The notes below the pieces were generated by a model that saw nothing but the letters and a program-made list of their open reading frames with translations, had not been told where the DNA came from and did no database searches. Positions 1 through 13,150 of a DNA stretch of 61,171 nucleotides are shown in pieces. Position 1 is the first letter of the stretch; every line of letters starts with the position of its first letter. A program made the position numbers and the translations under genes. The DNA is from Octopus bimaculoides (lineage: Eukaryota), in NCBI RefSeq assembly GCF_001194135.2, contig NC_068985.1, positions 51,772,651-51,833,821 on the forward strand. The letters run 5' to 3'.

Positions 1-74
1 ATGTATGTATGATTTTTTTTTTCAGAATGAGAAAAGTTCAAGGTTGTTAAAGATTTAGAACTTTTATAAATAGG

Positions 75-120
75 TCTTACAGCTGTTTCCGGGATATTTT
101 AAAGATCCCTTCATCGGAGA
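75..120 (-). ncRNA. Degenerate minimal hammerhead motif (PLE relic)
   Basis: UCU-CCGAUGA-A-GGGAU..AUCCC-G-GAAAC-AGCU-GUA-AGA; U4C change and one extra G. Confidence 0.45.
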
Positions 121-622
121 TGGTGTTAGAGAATGGTTAAGCAATAGTTAATTTAGATAAGATGTGAAATAGAGAGTGAAGTGGAGGAATGAAAATAGGT
201 GTGAGATATGCAGGGATATTGCATCTGTAGATCCGTCCACCAAATCCACTCACAAGGCTATAGTAGAAGATCATCATCATCATCATCATCGTTTAACATC
301 CACCTTCCATGCTAGCATGGGTGGGACGGTTTGACAAGAGCTGGCCAGGTAGAAGTCTGCACCAGACTTCTGTGACTGTTTTGGCAGGGTTTTTAGAGCT
401 GGAAGCCCTTCCTAACACCAAGCACTCAGCAGAGTGGACTTAGTGGTTTTAACGTGGCACAAGCACTGGCGAGGTCAGTTTTGGCAAGGTTTTTACAGCT
501 GGTTGCCCTTCTGAATACCATTCACTTTACAGTGTAGACTGGGTGCTTTTAAGTGGCGCCTGCACTGGCAGGGTCGCCAAATACTTGCAAGACAAAGAAA
601 GTAACCCACCCCCCACCTAAAA

Positions 623-1148
623 ACGAGTTAATTTGTTCCCGGAGACCGCTCGTAAAGCGTAAACTTGTAAAGCAGAGCAATAATTTCCCATAGTAGCAAT
701 GTTATAAATCGTAATTCATTTCCAGAAGAATATTTTACCGATAAAAATTTATGATACTCGTAAGTAAATGGCAATAAAACAACTGTAGAATGTAAAGAAT
801 ATTTTATGTAAAGTAAAAAGAATGTCAACATCATTTATAATAAGAAATATTATTATTATTATAATCATTTCCTGAATTACCTTCGCTCGCAATAGACTCG
901 CGCACACCATCACTTGTAGACGCGATCGCCAATTCACAAGCACTCCTAGACAAACTTGTAGAAGTCTAGAGTTGTTTGCTTAGAAGTATTTTTTCACTCT
1001 CTATAAATTTCTCAGTAACACGCAGAAGCATTTGTTATGGTAGTAGAAACTTTTGCACTTCGTTAAAAATTTAGATTTGTGCTCGAAAAATAAAACTCGT
1101 AAATCCGAGGTTCCGTAAAGTGGGCCCTCGTAAAGTGAGTTATTACTG
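623..1148. mobile_element. Tigger/pogo-like MITE remnant
   Basis: The right end ...ctcgtaaagtgagttattactg|TA with repeated ctcgtaaa subterminal motifs resembles Tigger-type MITE ends. The left TIR is truncated. Confidence 0.45.
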
Positions 1149-1518
1149 TAGTTTTAATTTAAAAAAAAAAGTTAACTCGTATTAAAACTATTTTGTACGT
1201 CCACAGAAATAATAATAGAGTGTTAGCCAAGTTTTTAGCCATCTACTCTGATTTAGCACTGTAATAAAAACAAAAAAAACAAAAAACAAAACAGGTATTA
1301 TATTCATGTAGCACACTCGCGCCATTAGAAAAAAATAACAGCGAAAATTCTCTCAGTAGCATTTTCAAGAGGAATTACAACCCTTGGTGTGTAAAAGAAA
1401 AAAAAAACGGGGACATATTTATTTAAAGTTGTGCTGGAATTACATATCAATTATAACTCAAGAATAGTGTACTGGACCTCGATCGGAGAGATTAGCGGCT
1501 ATAATGTAAAATTAGCTT

Positions 1519-1593
1519 CAAATATACAAATCGTGACATGTTAAAACCTTTACCGGAGGTAGCGGTTTTAACATGTCACGATTTGTATATTTG
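1519..1593. repeat. Perfect 30-bp inverted repeat (hairpin, 15-nt loop)
   Basis: caaatatacaaatcgtgacatgttaaaacc (1519-1548) is the exact reverse complement of 1564-1593. Confidence 0.95.
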
Positions 1594-2146
1594 TATTAAG
1601 TGGACACTGATGAACGAACTGGAGGACTTGGACTACGCAGATGATCTCGCGTTACTGTCACATCGCCTGCAAGACAAGCAAGATAAGGTAGACCACCTGA
1701 GAGAAACTTCACGGCAAGTGGGCTTGAGGATCAGCCTGGAAAAGACAAAAGTGCTGCATATCAACAACAAGCAGGAAGAGCCAATCACAACTGAGGGGGC
1801 ACCTGTGGAGGACGTTAGTGAGTTTGTCTATCTTATCAGCAAATCAGGTGGATCAGACGAGGACATCACTGCAAGAAGCAAGAAGGCTTGGCAAGCCTTC
1901 GCTATTCTTCGGCCGGTATGGAAGTCCACTGCCATCTCAACTCGAACTAAACTCCGCTTAGTTCAAACGCAAAATCTGTGCTTTTGTATGGCTCTGAAAC
2001 ATGAGAGTCACCTGCAGCAACTATAAGAAGATCCAGACCTTCATCAACAAATGTCTTCGGCAGATCCTCCATCTGAAGTGATTCAACAGAGTGCCAAACA
2101 CTGATCTGTGGGAAAGGGCCAACCAGGGGCAAAAAGGATTGAGAGA
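1548..2146 (+). mobile_element. RTE-clade LINE insertion (RT fragment joined to the 3' terminus), 13-bp TSD
   Basis: IKWTLMNELEDLDYADDLALLSH... RT motif with frameshifts, ending GGC AAA AAG GAT TGA gagag. Flanked by gacatgttaaaac at 1535-1547 and 2147-2159. Confidence 0.85.
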
Positions 2147-2497
2147 GACATGTTAAAACGTTAATCCATCCAAGGGACGTAACTTTAGTTATTCCGTAGG
2201 CCAGTACAGGTTATTTCCCTTTATATACAAATAACTTTTTTTCTGTTTGAAAAATTTTATTATATTTAATTTTGCGAGAGGGCGAGCCGATTACATCAAC
2301 CCCAGTGTTTGTCTAGTATTTATTTTATCAGCCACAAAAGGATGAAAGGCAATGTCGACCATGGTGGAATTTGAATTCCAAATGTAAATTCTGAAGAAAT
2401 CTCTTTAAATATTTTATACGGCTTGCTAACGATTCTGTCACCTCACGACTTTTGTTATATCTAATAATAAACACACGCACTAATTCTATTTTACTTC

Positions 2498-2528
<31 letters not shown>

Positions 2529-3094
2529 GAGTGAGTGAGAGAGCAGTGCACGTCCTCAAAGTTACTCTAGGGTAAAATAGTATACCCATCATGATTACCC
2601 GTCTGATAAGGGTACACCAGGCACATGCATCACCATATGTGTGTGACATGATGATCTCATATCAAAATAAATAAATAGCGTATGACCTTGCAGGTGGGGT
2701 CTAGTTAGAATTTTCTTCAGGTCGAGTGGCCCATCCCACGCAAATGTTCCTTGAATAAGGGTTGTTTAAGGATGTTGAACGAAACACCCATGTTTCCAGA
2801 GGTGAATTATTCAGACTCCAAAGAATTTCTCTCAACACATGGCTATGATGATCCCACACTGCTTCTACTAGTAATCAGAGATGTACATATCGTCAGCCAC
2901 TAAGGAGCATTCTCAACTGGTCAAAGTCAAGCAACTGACAAGCAAATCTGTGGTATTGAGCCAAATATTTATTGTAGCCCATCTTTTATACAAAACATGT
3001 ACATGATAACACTTCCAATCAGTTAAGATCAGAAGCTATGAGAGCCACTGCTTGGTACTGCATCAGGGCATTTATTTATTATTATTATTGCGTG

Positions 3095-3400
3095 TAGGAC
3101 GAATTCAGCTATCACCTGAATACATAGTGAAGCTTGCCTCACCGCCCTCCTTTGGCCAGGTGGGGCAGGCAATTTTTATTTGTCTGGAGGCTGTAGCAAA
3201 AGAGGTAGTGTGGTGGACATATTTGAAAGGGCTAAAGACAGACATTTTCCTCTTTGGTCAAGGCCTCATAAAAGTGAGGGTGGAGAGGGAAGTGCTGCCT
3301 TCTAGCAAATTTGTTGAAAAGTGGGTGAATGTCAGAAAAATGGCCAGTGTGAATAGATCCATTTTAAGCATGTGCCTGTGTAAAAAAAGAAAAAAAAGGA
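3095..3400 (+). mobile_element. Degenerate L1/Tx1-like ORF2 C-terminal fragment
   Basis: AVAKEVVWWT..KVRVEREVL..KFVEKW pattern resembles Tx1/L1 C-termini and is followed by an A-rich tract. Judged by eye only. Confidence 0.4.
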
Positions 3401-4024
3401 GGACTCTTGCTCTGTTGGTCAGGAACCTATGGCTTTTATGGGTTTTTCCATGAGTAGCCTTAAAGCACTTCCTCCTATTGCGAGTTTTATGTGTTTAATT
3501 TTGTTTGTTATTTTATTTACACGTTTTAAAATCCTTTGTATCAACCTGTTTTGTCATTTCATGTTGTTTTTAAAAGGATGAATCATTATTATCATTATTA
3601 TTATTAGAATCGTTAGCATGCTGGGCAAAATGTTGAGTGGCATTTTGCCCATTGCTATGTTCTGAGTTCAAATTTCACTGAGGTTGACTTTGCCTTTCAT
3701 CCTTTCAGGGTTGATAAATAAGTACCAGTGAAACACTGGGTTTGATGTAAACTAGTCCTGTCACCCTAAATTTCAGGCCTTGTGCATCAGTAGAAAGGAT
3801 TATTTCTATTATCATTATTAGTCAAGTAGTTAAGTATTTGACTTTTAATTGATCATTTGGTGGGCCAATCAAAGCACTGAGCATTCATTATTGGCATAAT
3901 TTCTTTTTGAGATACAAAATCTCTTTTAACACACACTTTCACCTCAAGAACAGAATGAGGAGGTGAATTAGAAGGAAGGAGTAGAGTGAATGAATTAGAA
4001 AGAGATCTGGTTCTTTCTCTCTGA

Positions 4025-4170
<146 letters not shown>

Positions 4171-5715
4171 GTAGAGATTATAACAACTGAAAACCACAGA
4201 AGAGGTGCATGTTGATATGATGTGGCATTTATTAAGGTGTGACAGTGTGGTAAGAAGATTGTTTCCCAACCACATGGTTGTGGGTTCATTCTCACTGTAT
4301 AGCACCTCAGGTAAGTGTCTTCTACTATAGCCCCAGCCAACCAAAGCCTTGTCAGTGGATTTGGTAGACATAAAATGAAAGAAGCCCATCATGTGTCTAC
4401 CTACCTACGTACCCATCTCTCTCTCTCTCTATCTATCTATCTATCCATCTATCTAACTGTCTGTTTATCTATTTATCTGTCTGTCTGTCCGTCTGTCTAC
4501 CTATCTAATATATCTATCTAATATGTGTGCTTGTGTTTTTCCTTCATCATTGCTTGACAACCAGTGTTGGTTTGTTTATGTCACTGATACTAAGCGTTTT
4601 GGCAACAGACACTGATAGAATAATTACCAGGTTTAAAAAAAAATAAATACTGGGGTTGATTTGTTTGATTGAACCATTCAAGGCTATGACCCAACATGAC
4701 CTCTGACAAATGACTGAAACAAGTAAAAGATAAAGAATAAATCTAATTTATACCAATTCCTTTAGAAGAACAGTTTGTTTACATGAAAATACCCCACAAA
4801 AAACATAAAAATAAACCTAATTAGTTCTTTTAGAAAAGAAATAATCTATTTGGGCTACATTTATTAATCATCTCCACTCCCTCTCCAGTGCATCTCACTA
4901 TACCACACCATATATGGATATCATTTACAAATTAAGTTCTGTAACGTATGAACCTATAGAAGCTAAGGGCATTGTTATCTATTTTGTATTAACTACAAGT
5001 ATATTTAAGAACTATGTTATCAACTTCACCTTTGTACGTTATTCTAAAAGTCAGAATTTGCTGTGATAATGAGATATTTGTCATCATATCATTTGTAAAA
5101 GTCTACTTGTGATATTCATCACCAATGGAGGTATTCAATATGAAATCCACTTTACATACTTTCTTAATTATGCATTACATTTAAGGTGGCGAGCTGGCAG
5201 AATCGTTAGCTCACAGGGCAAAATGCTTACCATCATTTCGTCTGCCTTTACATTCTGAGTTCAAATTCTGCTGAGCTTGACCTTGCCTTTCATCCTTTCA
5301 GGGTCAATAAAATAAATACCAGTTGAATGCTGGGATTGATGTAATTGATTGAGCCTCTCCTCCGATATTGCTGGCCTTGTGCCAAAGTTTGAAAACAATT
5401 ATGCATTACATTTGAACCATATTTGTTAACAGTGTAACTTAGTGGTTCAGCAAACAAGTCTGATATAATGAGTACCAGGCTTTAAAAAAAAACCTAAGTA
5501 CCAGGGTTGATTCATTTGACTAAAACCCTTCAAAGCTGTGCCCCAGCATGGCCACAGTCTAATGACTGAAACTAGTAAAAAAATAGAAGATAAAAGAGAA
5601 AATATTTATTCTGCTTGCTCTCTGCTCTGACAGGCAGAAATTTATCTTTAGTGGACCTCCAACTATCTGTTACATTGATAATTTACAGAATTTACTCTCA
5701 CCAAACATTGAAGAT

Positions 5716-6356
5716 CTGGTGATACCCAGGTGGCTTTATGGCAACGTCTGTGTGGGAAGAGGGTGCCTCCAATAGCAAGTTCGTTGACTGCACAGAAATC
5801 ATCTAGGAGTTCCCCGTTTTCATTCATTACTCCGAGGCCATTTCTTCCCATCACTCTCTCTCTTCCACTATTGTCACTTCCAACTTTGGCATTCATGTCT
5901 CCCATAAGAATCAACATGTCTCTTCTGGGAATCCTGTCTACCACTGTCTGTAACTGGGAGTAGAAGACGTCTTTTGTGTCTTCCTCCGCATTGTTTGTAG
6001 GTGCATAACACATAATGATGGACACTTGCTGGAACCTGGACTTAAACCTGGCCATGATGATGCGATCAGACACCGGTTCCCACTCCATCAGACTCCTTGC
6101 TGCTTCCTTCGGCAACAGCAGCGCTACCCCAGCTTCATGGTGGTCCTCTTCATTGTCTTTACCTGAGTAGAGAAGTATTTCACCTGTCACTAATTTGACC
6201 TTTCCAAAGGAGTTCCACCTTACTTCACATATGCTGAGTAGCGTGAGGTGATACTGGTGCATCTGCCTCACCGCTTGTGCGCACCAATGACTGCAAAAAG
6301 TGGAAAATAACAGTTGAGGCCTTATGCTCCACAAGAGGCAAAAAAGATTAAGAGAG
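5716..6356. mobile_element. 5'-inverted RTE LINE insertion: APE endonuclease fragment on minus (5716 to ~6283) plus 3' terminus on plus (~6286-6356), 13-bp TSD
   Basis: Minus strand: APE motifs ICEVRW, CYAPTN, MGDMNAKVG, HKATWVSPD. Plus strand: WKITVEALCSTRGKKD* gagag. TSD aaacattgaagat at 5703-5715 and 6357-6369. Confidence 0.85.
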
Positions 6357-7295
6357 AAACATTGAAGATGAATGCATAAATACAGTAAGCTGAGAGCAGA
6401 AATTGGCTTGGTATATTTATTAAATAAACAAACAGTACTTTGAAACGATTGTCCAAATATCTTGTACTTCTCAAACAATATATCATATAAAAGAAATGGA
6501 CTTTTTGGGAATAAGATGGTAAAATCTTTGTAAATGTCCATAGGTACAGGCATAGCTGTGTGATTAAAAAGTTTGCTTCCCAACCATTTAGTTTTAGGTT
6601 CAATCCCCCAATGTAGTACCTTGATTAAATGTCTTCTTCTATAGCCTTGGTTCAACCAAAGCCTTGTGAGTGGATTTAGTATATATTTCTATATGTATAA
6701 AAAGACACTCATGCTGGTATCACGTTAAAGGTATTGGTGCCACATGAAAAGCACTTGTGCTGGTACCATGTTAAAAGCACTGGTGTTGGTGCCACATAAA
6801 AAGCACCCAGTACACTCTGTGGAATGGTTGGCATTAGGAAGGCATCCAACTGTAGAAACCATGCCAGAACAGACAATGAAACCTGGTGCAGCCCCTGGCC
6901 TTACCAGATCTGGTCAAACAATCTGACCCATGCCAACATGAAAAAACGGACTTTAAATGATGATGATGATATATGTAGTTATTTATGTATGTATGTCTTT
7001 GTTCCCCACCCCGACTGCTTGACAACTTAGTGGTTCAGCAAAAAGACACTGATAAAATAAGTACTAGGCTTAAAAAAAAAAATTACTGGGGTCAATTTGT
7101 TCAACTAGACCCTTCAAGGCAGTGTCCCAGCATGGCTGCAGTCCAATGACTGAAACAAGTAAAAACATAAAAAGAAAATATATTTTAGTGGAAAAGCTTT
7201 TCCAAATTTGAACTTCTGCATATTTTTGAAAGTCAAATTCCTCCCATAAATTAACTCTGATTAGTATCATCATCAATTTTGCTATTATTGCTGAA

Positions 7296-8440
7296 GGCAG
7301 CGAGCTGGCAGAATCGTTAGTATACTGGGCTTAAAATGCTGAGCAGCATTTTGTCCATCTTTATGTTCTGAGTTCAAATTCCGCTAAGGTTGACTTTACC
7401 TTTCATCCTATCGGGGTCGATAAAATAAGTACCAGTCGAGTACTGGGGTTGATGTAATTGACTTAATCCCTCCCCCAAAATTTCAGGCCTTGTACCTTTA
7501 GTAGAAAGGATTATTATTATTATCATTGCTGAAGGTGGTGAGCTAGCAGAATTGTTAGCAGGCTGGACAAAATACTTTGTGGCATTTCATCCATTGCTAC
7601 ATTCTGAGTTCAAATTCTGTCGAGGTCAACTTTGCCTTTCATCCTTTTGGTGTCAATAAAATAAGTACCAGTGAAACACTGGGTTGATGCAATTGACTTG
7701 CTCCCTTTCCCCCAAATACAGGCCTTGTGCCTATAATAGAAAGAATTATTATTATTACTCACTGGCCCTCGTGCCGGTGGCACGGAAAAGCACCCACTAC
7801 ACTCTCAGAGTGGTTGGCGTTAGGAAGGGCATCCAGCTGTAGAAACTGTTAGATCAGATTGGAGCCTGGTGCAGCTTTCTGGCTTGCCAGTCTTCAGTCT
7901 AATCGTCTAACCCATGCTAGCATGGAAAGCAGACGTTAAACGATGATGATGATGATGATGATGATGTTGATGACTGCTATTGAGTGGAAGATGTCCAACT
8001 CACAGAATCATTAGCTCATTGGAAAAAATGCAGCTAAGCATTTTGTTTGTCTTTATGCTCGGAGTTCAAATGCCACAAAGGATGATTTTGAAGGTGAGTA
8101 AAATAAATACCAGTTGAACACTGGGGCTGATGTAATCAACTTAACCTCAAGTTAAAGTTCCTAAAGTTGCTGACTTTGTACCAAAATTTGAAGCCATTAT
8201 TATTCTCAAGTGGAAGGTAAACAAGCTGGCAGAATCATTAGCACTCCAGACAAAATTCTTGGTGGTATTTTTTCCAGCTTTACATTCTGAGTTCAAATTC
8301 TGCTGAGGTTGACTTTACCTTTCATCTGTTCAAGAGTCAGTAAAATAAAGTACCAGTCATGTACTGGGTTGATGTAATCAACATGTCTCCTTCCCCAAAA
8401 TTTCAAGCCTTCTGCCTATAACAGAAAGGGTTATTATTCT
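7296..8440 (+). mobile_element. Cluster of four head-to-tail tRNA-SINE family A copies ((ATT)n tail) with one (GAT)n-tailed element inside
   Basis: Repeated ggcrgcgagctggcagaatcgttagc...ctgagttcaaattc...tttcatcc...ctggggttgatgtaat units at about 7296, 7532, 7990 and 8215. The GAT-tailed element is at about 7761-7975. Confidence 0.75.
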
Positions 8441-9649
8441 TGAGTGATGCTCATTATTTAGCTTCATCTTCACTCTACATATCCATTTAATTAATTGTAA
8501 GTACTCCTGCCATTTAACCTACAAAACACTCATTTAACTTCCCCTATAAACAAGACAGTGATAGGTATTCCTTGGGTTGTGGTTTGCTTTGACTGTTGCA
8601 TAATTTTATGTACTTCAATAAATTGTTGAACATGTGAAGCTGTAGGTTCTTCATGCATAATGAACAAACATACAATTGATTATTTAAATAGGAATATAAG
8701 TGTCTACTCCCATAACAACATTACAATGATTATGCCCCTCCCATTAAGCAATAAGTATTCCAAGTTAAAAACAACTGCAATTTCAAATAAACTAATCTTA
8801 TATTGAAAAAAAGAAGCAGATCTCCAGCTGTCTGTCTGCCACAACATCTATTAGAGGGAAGTAAAGAAGGGGAGGAATCAAAATATACATCACAATTCAT
8901 GTTTAGAAGGAGAGGAGAAAAAGTTGTTGGGAGAAAAATACAGTGAGAGAGAGAGAGTGTGTGCGTGTGAAAGATAAGTAGATAGACCGTTGTCACTATA
9001 GCAACTAACGAGACTTTCACTATATAACACTCTACTATTAAAAGAAAGTATGTGAATGGTTTACAAATATTTTTACCAGCAGCATAGTGACGGGTAAAGA
9101 CTTAGTTTCTTTAAAACGTAATTTTAATAAAATACCATGGTACTAATAAATATCTTTGGTGATGGTAGTGACCACAAGAGAAAAAAAAATAATCTTATTG
9201 TGTAAAAAAGTTCATAATATTCTTAAGTGAAAAAAATTTACCTTTAGAGTATATTGAACAGTAGTTATTGTATAGTCCATTGCATTATGCAATAATATTC
9301 CAAGTTAAAAACAGCTACAGTTTCAAATGAAGTTAATTTCTATAAAAGATGATTCTAATAAAATATTGTAGTACTGTTGATATCTCTGGTGAAAGCTGGT
9401 GACTGAAAGGAAAAAACCTTGCATAAAAAGAAATTCGCATTCTTAAGTGAGTGAATTTATTTTAACAGTATATTAAGCAGTATTTATTGTATAGTTACTA
9501 CAGAAGATTTTATTGAAATTTGTTTTAAATTGGATCATTAGGAGGTGATTATAACCAAATGCTTTAAAAATCTGAATTAAGAAAAGAGGGTAGACAGCTT
9601 ATTCTGTTATTTGGGTTAAAAGGCTTCCAAGGATAAATAAAACATAAAG

Positions 9650-9928
9650 GCACAGGTGTGGCTGTGTGGTAAAAAGATTGTTTCTCAACCACATGGTTCC
9701 AGGTTCAGGCCCTCTGCATGGCTGACCAAAGCCTTGTGAGTGGATTTGGTAGACAGAAACCAAAAGAAGTCCATTGTGAGTGTGTATGTATATATATATA
9801 TATATATATNNNNNNNNNNNNNNNNNNNNNNNNNNNNNNNNNNNNNNNNNNNNNNNNNNNNNNNNNNNNNNNNNNNNNNNNNNNNNNNNNNNNNNNNNNN
9901 NNNNNNNNNNNNNNNNNNNNNATATATA

Positions 9929-9959
<31 letters not shown>

Positions 9960-10185
9960 GTATATATCTATTTGTATGTATCTGTGTTTGTCCTCCCCCA
10001 CTACTTGACAAGTAGTGCTGGTGTATTTATGTCCATGTAACCAAACAGCTCAGCAAAAGAGACCAATGGAATAAATACCAGGCCTTAGAAATATAAGTGC
10101 ATTTGACTAAAAAATTCTTCAAAGCAGTGCTCCAGCATGGCTGCAGTCTAATGACTGAAACAAGTAAAAGATAAGATTTAAAGAG
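9650..10185 (+). mobile_element. tRNA-SINE family B with internal microsatellite and gap
   Basis: Head ggcacaggtgtggctgtgtggtaa...ggttcagg, internal (TA)/(TG)n, tail ctgaaacaagtaaaag. Confidence 0.7.
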
Positions 10186-11278
10186 TCAAGAGAGAAAAAA
10201 CTGACTTATGATAAATTATAAATGACTATAAACTGTTATGGAATAGTTCAAGTAAATCAGGCAATTAGAATAGGAAGAAATCTCTGGAATGGATATTGGA
10301 AGGTGTTTAATTTCATAAGCCAGTTATAGAGCATTAGAACCTAATGGAGTTCAAATTTCCAGGCAAATATTACAATATTATATCTTATATATAGCCATTT
10401 TACAAGTCTGCCTTGATTAATATTACAAATAACCCAACTCAAAACCTACTTGGTTGCTTTAGACACAGCACCCATGATAAATGCAGAAGAAGAAGAACCC
10501 ATACTTAACTTTATCAGATGATCTTGAATTCAGGCAAATTCTAAATGATGTTTATGGCAGAAAAGAGATAGAGGCTTATTATTACATGTGTGCTTCTAAG
10601 AGACAACTTGCTGAGGTCAACTGTCAAGGTCTTGTGATTTGGTAGTGGAATAACACTGCAAAAATAGCCATAAAAACTAAGAGACAGGCATAGAAAGCCT
10701 ACAAGACTGAGCAGCATAGAAAAATATCAATTAGAAGAGAAGCATTACTCAAAATTTGTTTTTTGGTCTTTTTCTCACCTACATCTACATCATCCATGAT
10801 GAAATATTTTCTTCATTCTACTTCTCCATCTTACAAATCATTACTTGTCACAGACCCAGAACATTCCTTGTCTCCTAGAAGCACTGTACACCACCATCTT
10901 CATATCTCATGCTTTCTCATAAGTTTGGGAACAGGGGTGCCATGGGTGTAAGTGCACCTCCCTAAAATTTTTTGGAGACAATGAAAATACTTTGAACAGT
11001 GTCCTGAAAAACTTCACTAAAACGAACGAGTGGAGAAACATTTTTGGACTGATTGGAAATATTACTTTCCAATTATAAAATTTATCTGATTTGATTGGTG
11101 TATAAATGTTATAATAATTATCATCATTATAATACTTGTGTTTGTTTTTATATTAAGACTGAAAGAATCAACCTTGTTTGTAAAAAATGCTAGACCTGGG
11201 TTTCCACTCATTAAACAAATCTCATTAATATTACAAATAACCCATTATGCGTTTTCTTAAACTCTTGATATTTTAGAC

Positions 11279-11561
11279 CAGTGGTTCTCTATCAGGATCC
11301 TTGGCGTTCCATATAAAATTTCGCTGTTAAGATTTATCTCCAATAAATTCGTTATACTTCTGTAGTGGCGTGAACCTTTTACACTTCTACAATGTACAAA
11401 ATATTTTAATAATTGTTTTTATATAATTCCTAACAATATTAGATTATAAAAATATAATAGGATTTTTTAAACATCACATGGCTAGGAGGATCCATATGAG
11501 TAAAATGGGAATCAATGAGACCCATAGGTCAAAAAAAAAAAAAAAAGGTTGAGAAACACTG
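11279..11561. mobile_element. hAT (Charlie-like) MITE with perfect 8-bp TSD
   Basis: TIRs CAGTGGTTCTC / GAGAAACACTG; TSD TTTTAGAC at 11271-11278 and 11562-11569. Related copies near 17545, 32000, 45360 and 52800. Confidence 0.85.
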
Positions 11562-12377
11562 TTTTAGACTATTCCTTCAAGTGCTTACTCCGTATTATCA
11601 TCTTATCTTCCCAAAGCACTGTCGACTCAACAATCTGAACTTTTTCTTGTCAGGTCAGGTCAACGTGCTGCATAGCTTGCGAATAAGAGTATTTTCTTCA
11701 AATCTACCAGCACCTCACTGCCATGAAGCGCCATGTGAATGTCTGAATATCATCTTTTTTTTCTTTACACTCCTGTTTTGTTCTTTTACTTTCTTTATGA
11801 GTACAACTTCGTGTTGAACTTCATTACATTGCCGCTTCTGTTTTAGTACAACATTAACAATACTCAGAACTTGGTTTTGTCGCCAGGGATTCTCTACAAT
11901 GGATTACAAATAATTTACATGTTTCCACGAACGATGTAAAAATCACAGCACCGATGACATTCAGTAGTGAACGTCTATGATGTAAGGGAGATAACTGTAT
12001 GATACAAGGGAGGTAATTAATTTATTCCCTTATTGAAATTTGTTAGAAAATATTTAGTTTCAAGTCAATTCTGATGGAGAAAACTTATGATCAAAAGTAT
12101 TTCAGCCATGTTGCCAGGGATCTCTTTGCTTAATGGTACAGAGATCTCAGCCGGAATTTCAGAGTTACAGGGTTCGATTCCCTGTAAAAGTTTACTTGTT
12201 ACTTTTCCCGTCTTCTAAGGAGTATTTACCCAATTTTCTAAGCTGTCTTCACAGCCATCCTGTGTTATAGAATTCCTTAATTTTCTAAAAAATACCGACA
12301 CACTTGGCGCTTATAAGTTTGTTTACAAAATATTCTCACAATTCAAAAGCTATTACTTCACATTATAAAAAAGTATA

Positions 12378-12590
12378 AAGGCGGTGAGCTGGTAGAATCG
12401 TTAGTACTCCGAGCAAAATGCTTAGCGGCATTTCGTCCGCATTTGCGTTCTGAGATCAAATTTCCCTGAGGTCCACTTTGCCTTTCATCCTTTTGGGGTT
12501 GATAAATTAAGTACCAACGAGTACTGGAGTCGATGTAATTGACTATTCTTGTCCCCTCAAATTCCAGGCCTTGTGCCTAAAATAGAAAAG
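12378..12590 (+). mobile_element. tRNA-SINE family A, full length
   Basis: Family A head and body; near-perfect TSD attataaaaa(a)gta at 12362-12375 and 12591-12603. Confidence 0.75.
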
Positions 12591-13150
12591 ATTATAAAAA
12601 GTAATCTCGTAGCTTAATGATACAGAGGGCTCAGTCGAAATTTAGGAGGTACAGAGTTCAATTCTCTATAGAGGCTCACTGGCCACTTTTCTCTCCTTCT
12701 TAAAAGGTATTTGCCTGATTTTCTAAGCTGTTTTCACAATCATTGGGCATTCAAGAATTCCTTTATTTTCTGTAGAATATATATATATTCTACAGAACAT
12801 GTAACTACTCGGACTTTGGGTATATGTCTCTTGGTATGTCGATTAAAGCACATTTACCATTTAGGCTACCTGATGTTATCCATAGTTACGATATGATTTT
12901 CACTAGATTTACACCTGGAAATCTGCAGTCTTTGTTGAGTTTATAATTGATGAAGGAAACAGAAGATGAACTTAGCATAAATCTTTATTCAGCACAACGA
13001 TTGTTTCAACCCATCCTGCAGCTGTCCCTTAGGTGTAGGATATTGTGCATCTAGTTGTGTTGCATTAATCAGTGCAGGCTGTGTCATTCAAGTGCTTGGT
13101 GTAGAAAAGGATATCCCACTCGAGATACTGAGCTCTCCTAGGCATGTTGG

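Noticed and set aside
8545-8680. Protein-like short minus-strand frame MHEEPTASHVQQFIEVHK...
   Set aside because: Only 42 aa, no recognisable homology and no convincing splice pair.
10630-10720. W*WNNTAKIAIKTKRQA*K, an RTE linker-like remnant
   Set aside because: Too short and degraded to delimit as a feature.
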